DNA of 64,000 bases from a bacterium (GCA_030153785.1 JASKLF010000003.1:93645-157644); one strand, 5' to 3'; shown: positions 50,551 to 59,889, numbered from the stretch's first letter. The notes: generated by a model not told the origin, from the sequence alone. A program made the numbers and translations.

Positions 50551-51831
50551 TTATCGTTGATTTTGAGCCTTAAAATCCTGAGGCTCCAAAATCATGGAAG
50601 CTATGACCCCTCCAACAAGAGCCCAGAAAGGCGAACTAATCTTGAACAGAACTACACCAGACATTGCTATAACTAAAGCGAAGAAGGCTCCATACCTAAA
50701 TCTCCTTGGTGAAAATGCCCCTTCAAAGGCATTAAGTAAAACTCCTATCATAGATAATCCTGCAAGCAAACTTATAAGCGGTCCAGGAAGCGCCCTCACA
50801 AAAGGAACAATGAGGCTCGCAAATAATCCAAAACCACCGAAAAGAATACCATTAAGCACAGTAGCAGCATAGCGTCCCGATTTATCAGGGCCTGCCACCT
50901 CAGAACTACATATGGCTGTCATCGGCCCTGCTATGTTGGCGTTATGTCCACCGAATATAGAAGTAACAATACCTCCTACACCGCTTATTACAGTCATAGC
51001 ATTCATAGGAGCCTTATACCCCTCAGCAGTTAACACACCGTAAGCTTGAGCATTTTCAGCCCCTATAACGAGAATCGCAAGCGGAATAGCTATAGCAACT
51101 AAAGCCTCTACTGAAAAAGATGGAGAGAAAACCTGAGGAGATACCCAACCTATTTTAGTCCCCGCCAATTTAACGCTCCCTGTTAGGAAAGCCATGGCAA
51201 CACCCACGATTAAAGCCCATAAAATGGGAGATATTTTCTTGCTAAATCTATATCCCCAGAAATAAGCTATTATGACAGCTATCCCTATTAACGGAGCTTT
51301 TTGAGTTGAGGTAACTATCCCCAAGCCAAATCTAAACATGGCTCCCGCTATCATTGCCATAACTATGGGCAGAGGAATCCACCTCATCGCTCTACCTATC
51401 AAGCCAGAAATTCCCAAGAATAAAACAATTATTCCCGCCACCAAATAAGATCCAACAACCTGATCAAAGGGAAAGAGTGGAAGCGCTGAAGCCATCATTA
51501 CTGCACCAGGGATAGACCATGCACCGTTTATGGGCATTTTGTAATACAAAGCCAAGATAACGCTTATCAATCCCCCGAAGAAGTAAACGGAAAACAACCA
51601 CGAAATAGTTTGAACATCCGTAAGTTTCCCATTTTGAGCCGCATTCATTATGATTAATGCGGGACCCGAACACCCAAAAATAGTAGCTACAACTGCCGCC
51701 GTTACAGTATTAGCATTCAGTTTATTTTTAAGATCCTTAATTCCTTCTGCAAAGCCCGGTCCCTTTTCCCAAATGGTAAAATTACTTTTAGAGATACTTC
51801 TCTCCTCTCTTGAAACCTGAACTTCTGACAT
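50551..51831 (-). CDS. benE: BenE-family aromatic acid/H+ symporter
   Basis: About 12 TM segments; YKMPINGAWSIPG, AMIAG, GGHNANIAGPMTAIC, FWALVGG. Confidence 0.85.
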   Translation of the reverse strand: MSEVQVSREERSISKSNFTIWEKGPGFAEGIKDLKNKLNANTVTAAVVATIFGCSGPALIIMNAAQNGKLTDVQTISWLFSVYFFGGLISVILALYYKMPINGAWSIPGAVMMASALPLFPFDQVVGSYLVAGIIVLFLGISGLIGRAMRWIPLPIVMAMIAGAMFRFGLGIVTSTQKAPLIGIAVIIAYFWGYRFSKKISPILWALIVGVAMAFLTGSVKLAGTKIGWVSPQVFSPSFSVEALVAIAIPLAILVIGAENAQAYGVLTAEGYKAPMNAMTVISGVGGIVTSIFGGHNANIAGPMTAICSSEVAGPDKSGRYAATVLNGILFGGFGLFASLIVPFVRALPGPLISLLAGLSMIGVLLNAFEGAFSPRRFRYGAFFALVIAMSGVVLFKISSPFWALVGGVIASMILEPQDFKAQNQR

Positions 51832-51860
51832 CTTTTCGTCCCCCCTTTTTCTAAGCAAAT

Positions 51861-51886
51861 ACCCCCCGAGCTGCCCCTCGGGGGGT
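51861..51886 (-). terminator. GC-rich hairpin (terminator or mRNA-stabilising stem) before benE
   Basis: ACCCCCCGAG-GGGCAG-CTCGGGGGGT followed by ATTTGCTT. Confidence 0.55.
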
Positions 51887-51902
51887 AAACTTATCCTAAT
51901 TG

Positions 51903-53369
51903 TTACATGCTAACAGCATACTTTTTACCTACCTGATCCCTTATCCTTATATCTACTCCTCTCTGCCTTAACCACTTAGGCAATAGCTCATTTTCAACTT
52001 TCTCGTTAACTTCAGGAGCTTTTTTCAAGAGATATTCAGCTAAAGGTTCACTTAAGTTTATTCCACCTATGGCGCCATCAAAGATGAGCACTTTCCTTGT
52101 TCCCGTAACCTTATAGGCGAACTCCATTGCAGTTTCAAGGTCATCTGCTATTAAAGCATGCTTCATATAGTTTAGGTTCTGAGGATCACGGTTAAACAAA
52201 TCAGCCTGTTCCCTTCCCACAACCACAGTAGGTATATGCTCACTAAAGAAGGCACTCGGATAACCCACCCATGCATAATTATGGATACACATCTTTATCG
52301 CAGGATTGAGAGGAGGAATGTCCTCTAAAAGGGGCTTCCCGTTCTTACCATAGAAAGCTTCCGTATACCACGTATAACTGGGTAAAGGCACACTATCCAA
52401 ATCATAAAGGTCCGTATTAGCTCCAGCAAAATTAGCATATATAACCCCTCCAGCAAAAACATAAACTACGGGGCATGGAAAATCTAAAGCAACTATGCAC
52501 TCATCGATAGAGCCTAAAAGCGTCATCATCTTGCCATAATAGCGACAACCGATAAATGTTATGCGATCATTTAAGGCATAAAGATCGTTATCAGCATCTA
52601 CTCCAATAATTCCGTGGGGAGCCACTGTAAGGAAACAAGCAAAAGCAAACTTCTTTTGAACAAAAGGAGAATCAAAAATGGCCCTAGCTACAAAATTAGC
52701 TGCCCTTGGCCCCATATTTTGATGATAAGTAGATCTGGTTTCAATGCGAGCATAGGACATACCAAAGGGCTTTACCGCTCGATCAACTTGTCTGTGAAAG
52801 TGAACTTCACGCACATCAGAATTATGGGCGTGGACGATCCAATCGGCATCATAAGCCCTCTTTATGCCGTAAAGCGTTCCTATCTCCGTTTCAATAGGTA
52901 CTCCCTCATCAATCGGTGCTATGCCTATAGCTTTACCATTAAAGTACTTATCGAGACCATACCGCTTAATATATTCTTCCGTTTCCCTGAATCTTAAACC
53001 AACACCGGCCCTTAGCCGAATATCCTTACAACCTGTTTTAGCTTGAATTACATCTTTTAACGTTTTAAGCATTTCAGCGTAAGGTTCTCCCCCTAAAAGA
53101 GTGAACCCATGATGGGAAGCTAAGATATTAACCGAGTGCTCGGGTTTTATCATGCTCATATCTACGTGCTTTAAAGCCTCCTCCGTAGCTTTACGAACTG
53201 CCTCGATACCCTTATCAGTTGGATAGATTATATCAGGCATATCAGGAAAGAGCTCCTTTATAAGAACGGAAGTCATGCCCGGAAGTTCCGAAACCCTCTT
53301 TTTGACCAAAGATGGGTCAATGCCATATTGGGACTTACGTGGAGGTATAGGCGGTATAGGAGAACGCAT
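51903..53369 (-). CDS. Hypothetical 488-aa protein, distant LarA-N/DUF2088-like
   Basis: IKPEHSVNILASHHG and AYDADWIV..VKPFGMS..H resemble the IKPG..AITAGSRG / AYEADGII..KM..G..H layout of LarA-N-domain proteins; by-eye match only. Confidence 0.5.
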   Translation of the reverse strand: MRSPIPPIPPRKSQYGIDPSLVKKRVSELPGMTSVLIKELFPDMPDIIYPTDKGIEAVRKATEEALKHVDMSMIKPEHSVNILASHHGFTLLGGEPYAEMLKTLKDVIQAKTGCKDIRLRAGVGLRFRETEEYIKRYGLDKYFNGKAIGIAPIDEGVPIETEIGTLYGIKRAYDADWIVHAHNSDVREVHFHRQVDRAVKPFGMSYARIETRSTYHQNMGPRAANFVARAIFDSPFVQKKFAFACFLTVAPHGIIGVDADNDLYALNDRITFIGCRYYGKMMTLLGSIDECIVALDFPCPVVYVFAGGVIYANFAGANTDLYDLDSVPLPSYTWYTEAFYGKNGKPLLEDIPPLNPAIKMCIHNYAWVGYPSAFFSEHIPTVVVGREQADLFNRDPQNLNYMKHALIADDLETAMEFAYKVTGTRKVLIFDGAIGGINLSEPLAEYLLKKAPEVNEKVENELLPKWLRQRGVDIRIRDQVGKKYAVSM

Positions 53370-53371
53370 CT

Positions 53372-53992
53372 TTACTTCACCCCCCTTCCCTGCAAAGGTG
53401 CTGTTCTAACTCTATCTAACAATTTTTCATCTTCATCAAAATAGAAACCTCTTGAAGAGTGTTTTTCCCGAACCTTTTTAGGGATTTCCCACACAGTCAC
53501 AGTTCTACCATACCATTGCCATCCACCCTGTGGTGGAGTCGATTTAACCCCTGCAGCCTCAAGAAGCCTCAAAATAGGCTGTATACACTCCACCTTACAA
53601 CCCGTTCTAGCACCTGTCATAAAAGAAATATCTTCTGGAGATTTAGCCCCTTTCAGAATTGCAGCAGCTATTTCCTCCGCTCTTGTTCCCGTACAATAAC
53701 AAACTACCTGTTCAGGATGTAAAAGTGCATTGCTACACAATTTCAGTATTTCATCATAATTGACAGAGGCAATATCAACGCTCACTAAGAGCGGGTTATC
53801 TCGCTTTTGCATTGATATAGCGTAAACAGGGCATCTCTGCTCACACGCAGCGCATCCTCTACATCTATCTACATCCACTTCCGCCTTTCCATCCACAACC
53901 TTAATAGCAAGCACAGGACAGACTTTCTCACAGGTTTTACATCCCACACATTTTCCCCTATCAACCTGCGCTATCAAATTAACGAGCTTCAT
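53372..53992 (-). CDS. 2x[4Fe-4S] ferredoxin fused to BFD-like [2Fe-2S] domain
   Basis: CVGCKTCEKVCP, CRGCAACEQRCP, then CYC...CKVEC. Confidence 0.88.
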   Translation of the reverse strand: MKLVNLIAQVDRGKCVGCKTCEKVCPVLAIKVVDGKAEVDVDRCRGCAACEQRCPVYAISMQKRDNPLLVSVDIASVNYDEILKLCSNALLHPEQVVCYCTGTRAEEIAAAILKGAKSPEDISFMTGARTGCKVECIQPILRLLEAAGVKSTPPQGGWQWYGRTVTVWEIPKKVREKHSSRGFYFDEDEKLLDRVRTAPLQGRGVK

Positions 53993-54014
53993 TTTTGCCA
54001 CCCCCCTCAAGCTT

Positions 54015-55034
54015 CTAACCTTTTTCCCTTCTTTGAGAAAGATAATATGCTACATCGATAATCATGTCTTCCTGTCCACCAACCATTTTCCTTCTACCAA
54101 GTTCAACCAAAATATCCCTCGGGTCTAATCCAAACTTTTCAGCTGCCCTATAAGTGTGAAGGAGAAAGCTTGAATATACCCCAGCATAACCCAACATCAA
54201 AGAAGCGTTCTTGATAACCTGTGGCCTCCTCATGACAGGCTCAACGATCTCCTCAGCAACATCCATAATCTTGTAGAAATCAATTCCCGTTTCGTATCCT
54301 GCCTTATCCAAAACGCCGACTAGAACCTCCGTTTGAGTGTTACCAGCTCCCGCACCCAACCCCCTGCAAGTAGCATCTAAAAAGGTTGCTCCTCCCTCAA
54401 GAGCTGCGAGACTGTTAGCAACAGCTAAAGCTAAATTATTATGGGCATGAAATCCCACAGGTATGCTAACCTTATCAACTACGGTTTGAACGTAAACCTT
54501 AACATCTCCAGGAAGCATGGCTCCTGCCGAATCCGCCAAATACACATAATCAGCGCCATAGGACTCAAAAAGCATTGCCTGTTCTGCAACCTTTTCAGGG
54601 GGAACCATGTGAATCATCATCAAGAAACCAAAGGCTTCCATTCCCATTTCCTTAGCCATGCGAATATGCTGTTCACCAATATCCGCCTCTGTAACATGAG
54701 TAGCAATTCTTGCAGCCTTTGCCCCGCAATCCAGCGCAAGCTTGAGCTCCTTACGAGTCCCAATCCCAGGAAGAAGAAGGACGGTTAATTTCCCTTTTTG
54801 AATTACCTCTCCCGCAGCTCTTAACATTTCCTCATCGGTTAACTTAGAAAACCCATAATTGTAAGAAGAACCTCCCAAACCATCCCCGTGCGAGACCTCT
54901 ATATACTCAACTCCAGCTTCATCAAGACCTTTTGCAATTGCCTTTATATCATCTTCAGTAAATTGATGGGAAACAGCGTGACTACCATCACGCAGAGTGG
55001 TATCTACTATGTGAACAAGTTTTTTCCTCGACAC
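54015..55034 (-). CDS. dmpG: 4-hydroxy-2-oxovalerate aldolase
   Basis: [50 protein letters not shown]. Confidence 0.96.
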   Translation of the reverse strand: MSRKKLVHIVDTTLRDGSHAVSHQFTEDDIKAIAKGLDEAGVEYIEVSHGDGLGGSSYNYGFSKLTDEEMLRAAGEVIQKGKLTVLLLPGIGTRKELKLALDCGAKAARIATHVTEADIGEQHIRMAKEMGMEAFGFLMMIHMVPPEKVAEQAMLFESYGADYVYLADSAGAMLPGDVKVYVQTVVDKVSIPVGFHAHNNLALAVANSLAALEGGATFLDATCRGLGAGAGNTQTEVLVGVLDKAGYETGIDFYKIMDVAEEIVEPVMRRPQVIKNASLMLGYAGVYSSFLLHTYRAAEKFGLDPRDILVELGRRKMVGGQEDMIIDVAYYLSQRREKG

Positions 55035-55908
55035 TCCTCATCCCTCCCCTTAACATTCTTATCGCTAACCGTTCAGCCACTGCAACGGCAGCCGCGGTAA
55101 TAATATCGAGGTTACCAGCATACTTGGGTAAGAAATCCCCAGCTCCTTCAACCTCGATTATCGTAGTAACCTTATTCCCGTCCAAAATAGGAGGAACCCT
55201 GAGGCGATATCCAGGAACATATTCTTGAACCTTCTTTACCATGTTAAAAACCGCCTCCTTAATCTTCTCCTCGTTGGGGTCCTCAACCTCCACATAAATG
55301 GTGTCAGTCATTATTATCGGCGGTTCCGCAGGGTTAAGAATTATTATTGCCTTGCCTTTCTTCGCCCCTCCAAGTTTACAAATAGCCTCAGCAGTAGCCT
55401 GGGTAAACTCATCTATATTTTGGCGCGTTCCTGGTCCAGCGCTTTTACTCGCAATAGCCGCAACTATTTCAGCATATTTCGCTCCTGCAACTTGCCCTAT
55501 GGCATAAACTATCGGGATCGTAGCCTGCCCCCCACAAGTAACCAGGTTAAAATTAGAAGCTTCATAAACCTCATCCAAATTAACAACCGGGATAACCTGA
55601 ACACCAATAGCCGCAGGCGTCAAGTCGATGGCTATTTTGCCAGCATCCTCAAGTAGAGGTGCATGTTTAAGATGAGCTTTAGCCGTCGTGGCATCAAAAA
55701 CTATCCTTATATCATCTCTTTCTAAGACCGCATCTATACCCCTCGTGCTCGTTTTAATACCCAGCTTTTCAGCCCTTTTTATACCCTCGGATTCGACAAT
55801 ACCAACCATCATTTCAAGTTGTAGATATGGACTCCTCATTATTTTAAACATTAGATCGGTTCCTATGTTTCCAGGACCCAATATGGCTACTTTTACCCTT
55901 TCTTCCAT
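54988..55908 (-). CDS. dmpF: Acetaldehyde dehydrogenase (acylating)
   Basis: [48 protein letters not shown]. Confidence 0.96.
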   Translation of the reverse strand: MEERVKVAILGPGNIGTDLMFKIMRSPYLQLEMMVGIVESEGIKRAEKLGIKTSTRGIDAVLERDDIRIVFDATTAKAHLKHAPLLEDAGKIAIDLTPAAIGVQVIPVVNLDEVYEASNFNLVTCGGQATIPIVYAIGQVAGAKYAEIVAAIASKSAGPGTRQNIDEFTQATAEAICKLGGAKKGKAIIILNPAEPPIIMTDTIYVEVEDPNEEKIKEAVFNMVKKVQEYVPGYRLRVPPILDGNKVTTIIEVEGAGDFLPKYAGNLDIITAAAVAVAERLAIRMLRGGMRSVEEKTCSHSRYHSA

Positions 55909-55933
55909 TCATCTCGCCTCCTAAAAAGCTGAA

Positions 55934-56707
55934 TTATTCAAACAGCACGCTAACTGAACCAAGCTCATAGAAAGAGACAGTAAAAACGTCTCCCTTCTGA
56001 GCATCGAGAGCAGCGGTGAGAGCCCCCGAAAGAATTATCTCCCCAGCCTCCAAACCGATGTCGAACTCGGCAAGCTTGTTTGCCAGCCAAGCCACCGCAG
56101 CAGCAGGATGACCCCATACAGCAGCACCTGCACCTGTGTTCATAACTTTTCCGTTCTTTTCTAAAACCATCCCTATAAGCCTCAAATCCATGTTTTTAAC
56201 CGGCGTAACTTTACTCCCTATAACAAATCTTGCACTGGAAGCATTATCTGCTATTGTATCCTCAAGCTTTATCTTCCAGTCGCGAATTCGGCTATCGACT
56301 ATCTCTATGGCAGGAACGACAAACTCCGTTGCCCTCAGAACATCGGTGATGGTCAATCCTGGCCCCTTTAAGTCACTCTTCAAAACGAAAGCAATTTCTC
56401 CCTCCACCTTAGGTTGAATAAGGTCATCCCTCTTACAAGGCTCACCGCACAAGACAAGCATATTATCTAAAAGGTGACCATAATCAGGCTCGTTCACGCC
56501 AAGCAATTCCTGCATCGCCTTGCTCGTAAGGCCTATTTTCTTGCCGACCACTTTCCTGCCCCGTTCCAGCTTAATCTTTATACCCTCCAACTGAATCTTA
56601 TACGCATCAACCACGCTCAATCCTGGATAGGTCGAAGTAAGAGGCTCGATGGGCTTTCGACTGTTTTCCGCTTCAATCAACCTTAAGGCAACTTCCCTGT
56701 GGTCCAT
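55934..56707 (-). CDS. mhpD: 2-keto-4-pentenoate hydratase (FAH superfamily; 4-oxalocrotonate decarboxylase paralogue not excluded)
   Basis: GKKIGLTS, PDYG, VEGEIAF, EIVDSR, DTIADNAS, WLAN. Confidence 0.88.
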   Translation of the reverse strand: MDHREVALRLIEAENSRKPIEPLTSTYPGLSVVDAYKIQLEGIKIKLERGRKVVGKKIGLTSKAMQELLGVNEPDYGHLLDNMLVLCGEPCKRDDLIQPKVEGEIAFVLKSDLKGPGLTITDVLRATEFVVPAIEIVDSRIRDWKIKLEDTIADNASSARFVIGSKVTPVKNMDLRLIGMVLEKNGKVMNTGAGAAVWGHPAAAVAWLANKLAEFDIGLEAGEIILSGALTAALDAQKGDVFTVSFYELGSVSVLFE

Positions 56708-57602
56708 GAAAATCAGCTCCCTTCCTTGTTTTAGCTTGCCAATGCCTCCTCAAGGCGTTAGCAATTCCCTGAGCTAAGGTTTTATCGTCAACTTCCTTTA
56801 AAAAACACTCCTTGATCACTTGACAAGCAATCTTAACCTCCTCATGGGGCCCCGGTAAAGCTATCAATCTTGTCAAACCTAAACGACCAACCGCTATACG
56901 CACACCCTCTTTATGATGGCGTTTTTTATCCACCTCAAACTTTAGTATCCAAGGAGTATGTGCCTTTGGGTCGAGCCTCAATATGGCCTCTATATTACAA
57001 TCCTTATCTTCCGCCCCAACGCCACCTGTGATGACTATTAAACCAAATCCCTTACTTATAGCATCGTTTAACCTACTTACTACACTGCGAACATCGTCTT
57101 CTAAAACTCCCCCAAACCTCACACTAAACCCCAAATCCTCCAAAAGGCTAATTATGTAAGGAGAGTTTAAATCCCGTATTTTCCCCGATATCAACTCACT
57201 TCCGGATGCAAAAACCAAAGCTCTCATAGAAACATTACTAATTATCTCCGAAGCCATCTGAGCTGACCTTGCAATAACGTCGCTCGCTTCCTCCTCATCC
57301 AGCGCAATAAGGCCTAAAATCCCCTCTGAATGGACTTTAGCTTCAGGAGCCAAGGTCACCCCACTAATGGAGCCCAAGCGCTTTAGCAACTCTCTCTCTT
57401 TTCCAACTATGGCTTCAGCCAATACTTCTTTTTTTAAAACATCGAAAACCACTAAACCTGGTCTTACATCAACAACTATAACTTCACCCGGTTTAAATCC
57501 GAAAACAAAACCTGCCTCCCTTGATAGGTCTTCCAAGTTTACATTAGATAGCTCAATTCCTTCTACCCAAAAAGTAGTTTTCTCTAATAAATCCCATTTC
57601 AT
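56673..57602 (-). CDS. Protein with C-terminal MoCF_biosynth (MogA/MoeA/CinA-N-like) domain and unknown N-terminal domain
   Basis: SGSEL..G...D.N, TGGVGAEDKD, ALPGP. Confidence 0.8.
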   Translation of the reverse strand: MKWDLLEKTTFWVEGIELSNVNLEDLSREAGFVFGFKPGEVIVVDVRPGLVVFDVLKKEVLAEAIVGKERELLKRLGSISGVTLAPEAKVHSEGILGLIALDEEEASDVIARSAQMASEIISNVSMRALVFASGSELISGKIRDLNSPYIISLLEDLGFSVRFGGVLEDDVRSVVSRLNDAISKGFGLIVITGGVGAEDKDCNIEAILRLDPKAHTPWILKFEVDKKRHHKEGVRIAVGRLGLTRLIALPGPHEEVKIACQVIKECFLKEVDDKTLAQGIANALRRHWQAKTRKGADFHGPQGSCLKVD

Positions 57603-57607
57603 TACCC

Positions 57608-58411
57608 TCAGCCTCCCAAAACATCCAAGCTAAAATCCAAGATAGGAGCATCTATGATGGCTCTTCCCACATCAACAATATCAGCACCAGCTTCTATAAC
57701 CTCCTTAAGATTATCTTCTTTTACTCCTCCGCCAAAGGCAATTTTAACTCTATCCCGAAATCCTTTCATAAAAACTACCTTTTTAACATAACTGAGGTCC
57801 CCTAGATTTCCCGTATCCACCATTATTACTCCTGCCCCTTCCCTCAATGCTTCAACAACTTCCTCTTGTAAAGGTGCCGTCTCACCACGTAATTGAACTA
57901 CCACTATCCTACCTTCCACTTCCTTCGCCTTCCTTATAGCGGGAGTTAGTCCCCCAAACATGCGAATATAATTTTTATCCAGATAGACAAACGGCTCTTC
58001 TAAAATCCGAATGCCCGCTCCTCCGATCTTTATAGCTTCCCTGAAATCCTGCCTCACTTCCGGAGGAACCTTCTTCCACGCTCCACAAACAACCCTTATT
58101 CTTCCCTCCGCAATCTTTATCATACGCGCACTTGCTGTAGCTATACCTGATACCTTACCTATCATTCCTAAAAGCCTTTCTTCAGCTAAAGCTATCTGCC
58201 AGGCATTACCCTTTCCTCGAAAAACAACGTCCCCCTTTTCTAAAACTGCACCCTCCTTCTTAACATAATCCACAATTAGACCTATTTTTCCCGCTTCTTC
58301 TGTAAGCCTTTTAATACCTGCTAATACTCCATTCTCCTTCACCCTTATTTCAAATGTATAAAATCTTCCAACCAATGGCTCGAACAGAAAATCCCTTATA
58401 TCCATCTTCAT
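57608..58411 (-). CDS. NadC/ModD-like type II phosphoribosyltransferase
   Basis: GVLAG..EG..GD..G...AEE..SGIAT, AIKIGG, VDTG, GGV, GADIVDVG. Confidence 0.8.
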   Translation of the reverse strand: MKMDIRDFLFEPLVGRFYTFEIRVKENGVLAGIKRLTEEAGKIGLIVDYVKKEGAVLEKGDVVFRGKGNAWQIALAEERLLGMIGKVSGIATASARMIKIAEGRIRVVCGAWKKVPPEVRQDFREAIKIGGAGIRILEEPFVYLDKNYIRMFGGLTPAIRKAKEVEGRIVVVQLRGETAPLQEEVVEALREGAGVIMVDTGNLGDLSYVKKVVFMKGFRDRVKIAFGGGVKEDNLKEVIEAGADIVDVGRAIIDAPILDFSLDVLGG

Positions 58412-58421
58412 CCCCTATTTA

Positions 58422-58448
58422 TTCTACATTATAGAAATACTTTCTATA
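58422..58448 (-). promoter_or_regulatory. Overlapping palindromic operator(s), probable IclR site
   Basis: TTCTACATTATAGAA (58422-58436) and TATAGAAA-TAC-TTTCTATA (58430-58448) between promoter and RBS. Confidence 0.6.
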
Positions 58449-58464
58449 TTACCCCCCCGATATA

Positions 58465-58493
58465 ATAATAGCAACCTGCCTACTAAAAGTCAA
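58465..58493 (-). promoter_or_regulatory. Sigma-70/A promoter of the nadC-like..larC operon
   Basis: TTGACT-N17-TATTAT. Confidence 0.75.
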
Positions 58494-58587
58494 CTACCTC
58501 GCAAAAACCAGAAAAACGATGCTTCAGGTATAAGAGAAACCCTATCAAACTATGTCTCACGTAATAATCGCAATAAACCTCTTAGTG

Positions 58588-59013
58588 CTATAATCTCAAA
58601 TCTATTATGGCGCTCACTCCCACTCCCTGAACCCTTCTAAATCTCTCCAACGGATTTTCAGAGTCTATGGGAATCATTATGTTTACTCTAAATTTACCCT
58701 GAAAAGATACATCAAGTCTTGCAACAGCTTTGGTTTTTGCAACAGCATCACGAGGCCCTGAAACTTGAGCAGCTCCTATATAAACCCCACTTCCAACGCT
58801 TACGATAGGAACTACCTTCGTAGCATACGCATTTTTAACTCCCTTGTTTATCGTTACTTCGTTAATGAAAGAGTTGATTGGCTCAGCAAAGGTTTTTACC
58901 AACAATCCCCCTCCAACTACACCTATCAGCTCTTTAACCCCAACAGGATAAGCAATACTTGAAACTAAAAGAATCATGACCAAAGCTAACAGAACCAGCT
59001 TTCTCTTAATCAT
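58588..59013 (-). CDS. Hypothetical exported protein
   Basis: N-terminal signal peptide; TKVVPIVSVG..IGAAQVSGP..GVGVSAIID; good SD. Confidence 0.75.
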   Translation of the reverse strand: MIKRKLVLLALVMILLVSSIAYPVGVKELIGVVGGGLLVKTFAEPINSFINEVTINKGVKNAYATKVVPIVSVGSGVYIGAAQVSGPRDAVAKTKAVARLDVSFQGKFRVNIMIPIDSENPLERFRRVQGVGVSAIIDLRL

Positions 59014-59034
59014 TAAGGGTCACCTCCACTAAAG

Positions 59035-59065
59035 AAAATAAAAAGGGGAGCTCAAAGCCCCCCTT
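59035..59065 (-). terminator. Intrinsic terminator after the IclR gene
   Basis: AAGGGGGGCT-TTG-AGCTCCCCTT-TTTATTTT. Confidence 0.75.
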
Positions 59066-59106
59066 GAGTTTCACAAAACTCAAAAGCCAGAAGGAAAAAA
59101 CTAATT

Positions 59107-59889
59107 TTAATGAGCGTCCCCCATTGGTCTATAACCCATCTCCATAGATATGGCAGAAGCTGTTGCCACAACCAGCTCTACAGCCTTTTTAAGTTTCTCC
59201 CCCCTTAAACGAGATGTAGGCCCCGAAATGCTTATAGCTGCGCAGACCTTACCCGTATAATCTCTTATAGGAGCAGCAATACATTTTAACCCCTCCATAA
59301 ATTCCTCGTTATCAAAGGCATATCCCTGTTCTCTAATTTTCGCAAGCTCAGCCTCCAATACCTCTGGATCAGTAATGGTGTTTCTGGTAAATCTCTTTAA
59401 ACCCTTTTCAGCTATTATTTTTTTGCGCTCCTCGGCAGGCAAAAAGGCTAATAACACCTTACCTACTCCCGTACAATGAGCGGGAAGTCTCGCCCCAACC
59501 CTTGAAGCTATCCTTATAGATTGCTGGCTCTCACGTTTATCTATGTGTAGAACCTCCCCCTTGTCAAGAATGGTTAAATGAACAGTCTCCTCCATTTCCT
59601 CCACAAGCTTTTGAATATAAGGAGCAGCGATATTTTTTATTTCCAACCTTTGAGCCACTATATTGCCTAACTCAAAAAGCTTAAATCCCAGCTTGTATTT
59701 TCCGGTTATAGGAGATTGGTCAATATATCCAAAATCACAAAGAGTGGAAATGAGACCATGGGTAGTGCTCTTGGGCATTCTCATCTTCTCTGCTATCTCT
59801 CCCAAGGCCATCTCTCCCGCATCTTTAGCCAATATTTCAACTATTTTTAACGCTTTAGCTACCGATTCTATTCGATACTCCTTCTCCAT
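59107..59889 (-). CDS. IclR-family transcriptional regulator
   Basis: SVAKALKI..MPKSTTHGL HTH, HCTGVGKVLLA, GYAFDNEE, AAISISGP. Confidence 0.96.
   Translation of the reverse strand: MEKEYRIESVAKALKIVEILAKDAGEMALGEIAEKMRMPKSTTHGLISTLCDFGYIDQSPITGKYKLGFKLFELGNIVAQRLEIKNIAAPYIQKLVEEMEETVHLTILDKGEVLHIDKRESQQSIRIASRVGARLPAHCTGVGKVLLAFLPAEERKKIIAEKGLKRFTRNTITDPEVLEAELAKIREQGYAFDNEEFMEGLKCIAAPIRDYTGKVCAAISISGPTSRLRGEKLKKAVELVVATASAISMEMGYRPMGDAH

Noticed and set aside
54015..56707. Ordinary aerobic phenol/catechol meta-cleavage operon
   Set aside because: No dioxygenase, hydroxylase, semialdehyde hydrolase or dehydrogenase, or tautomerase in the window
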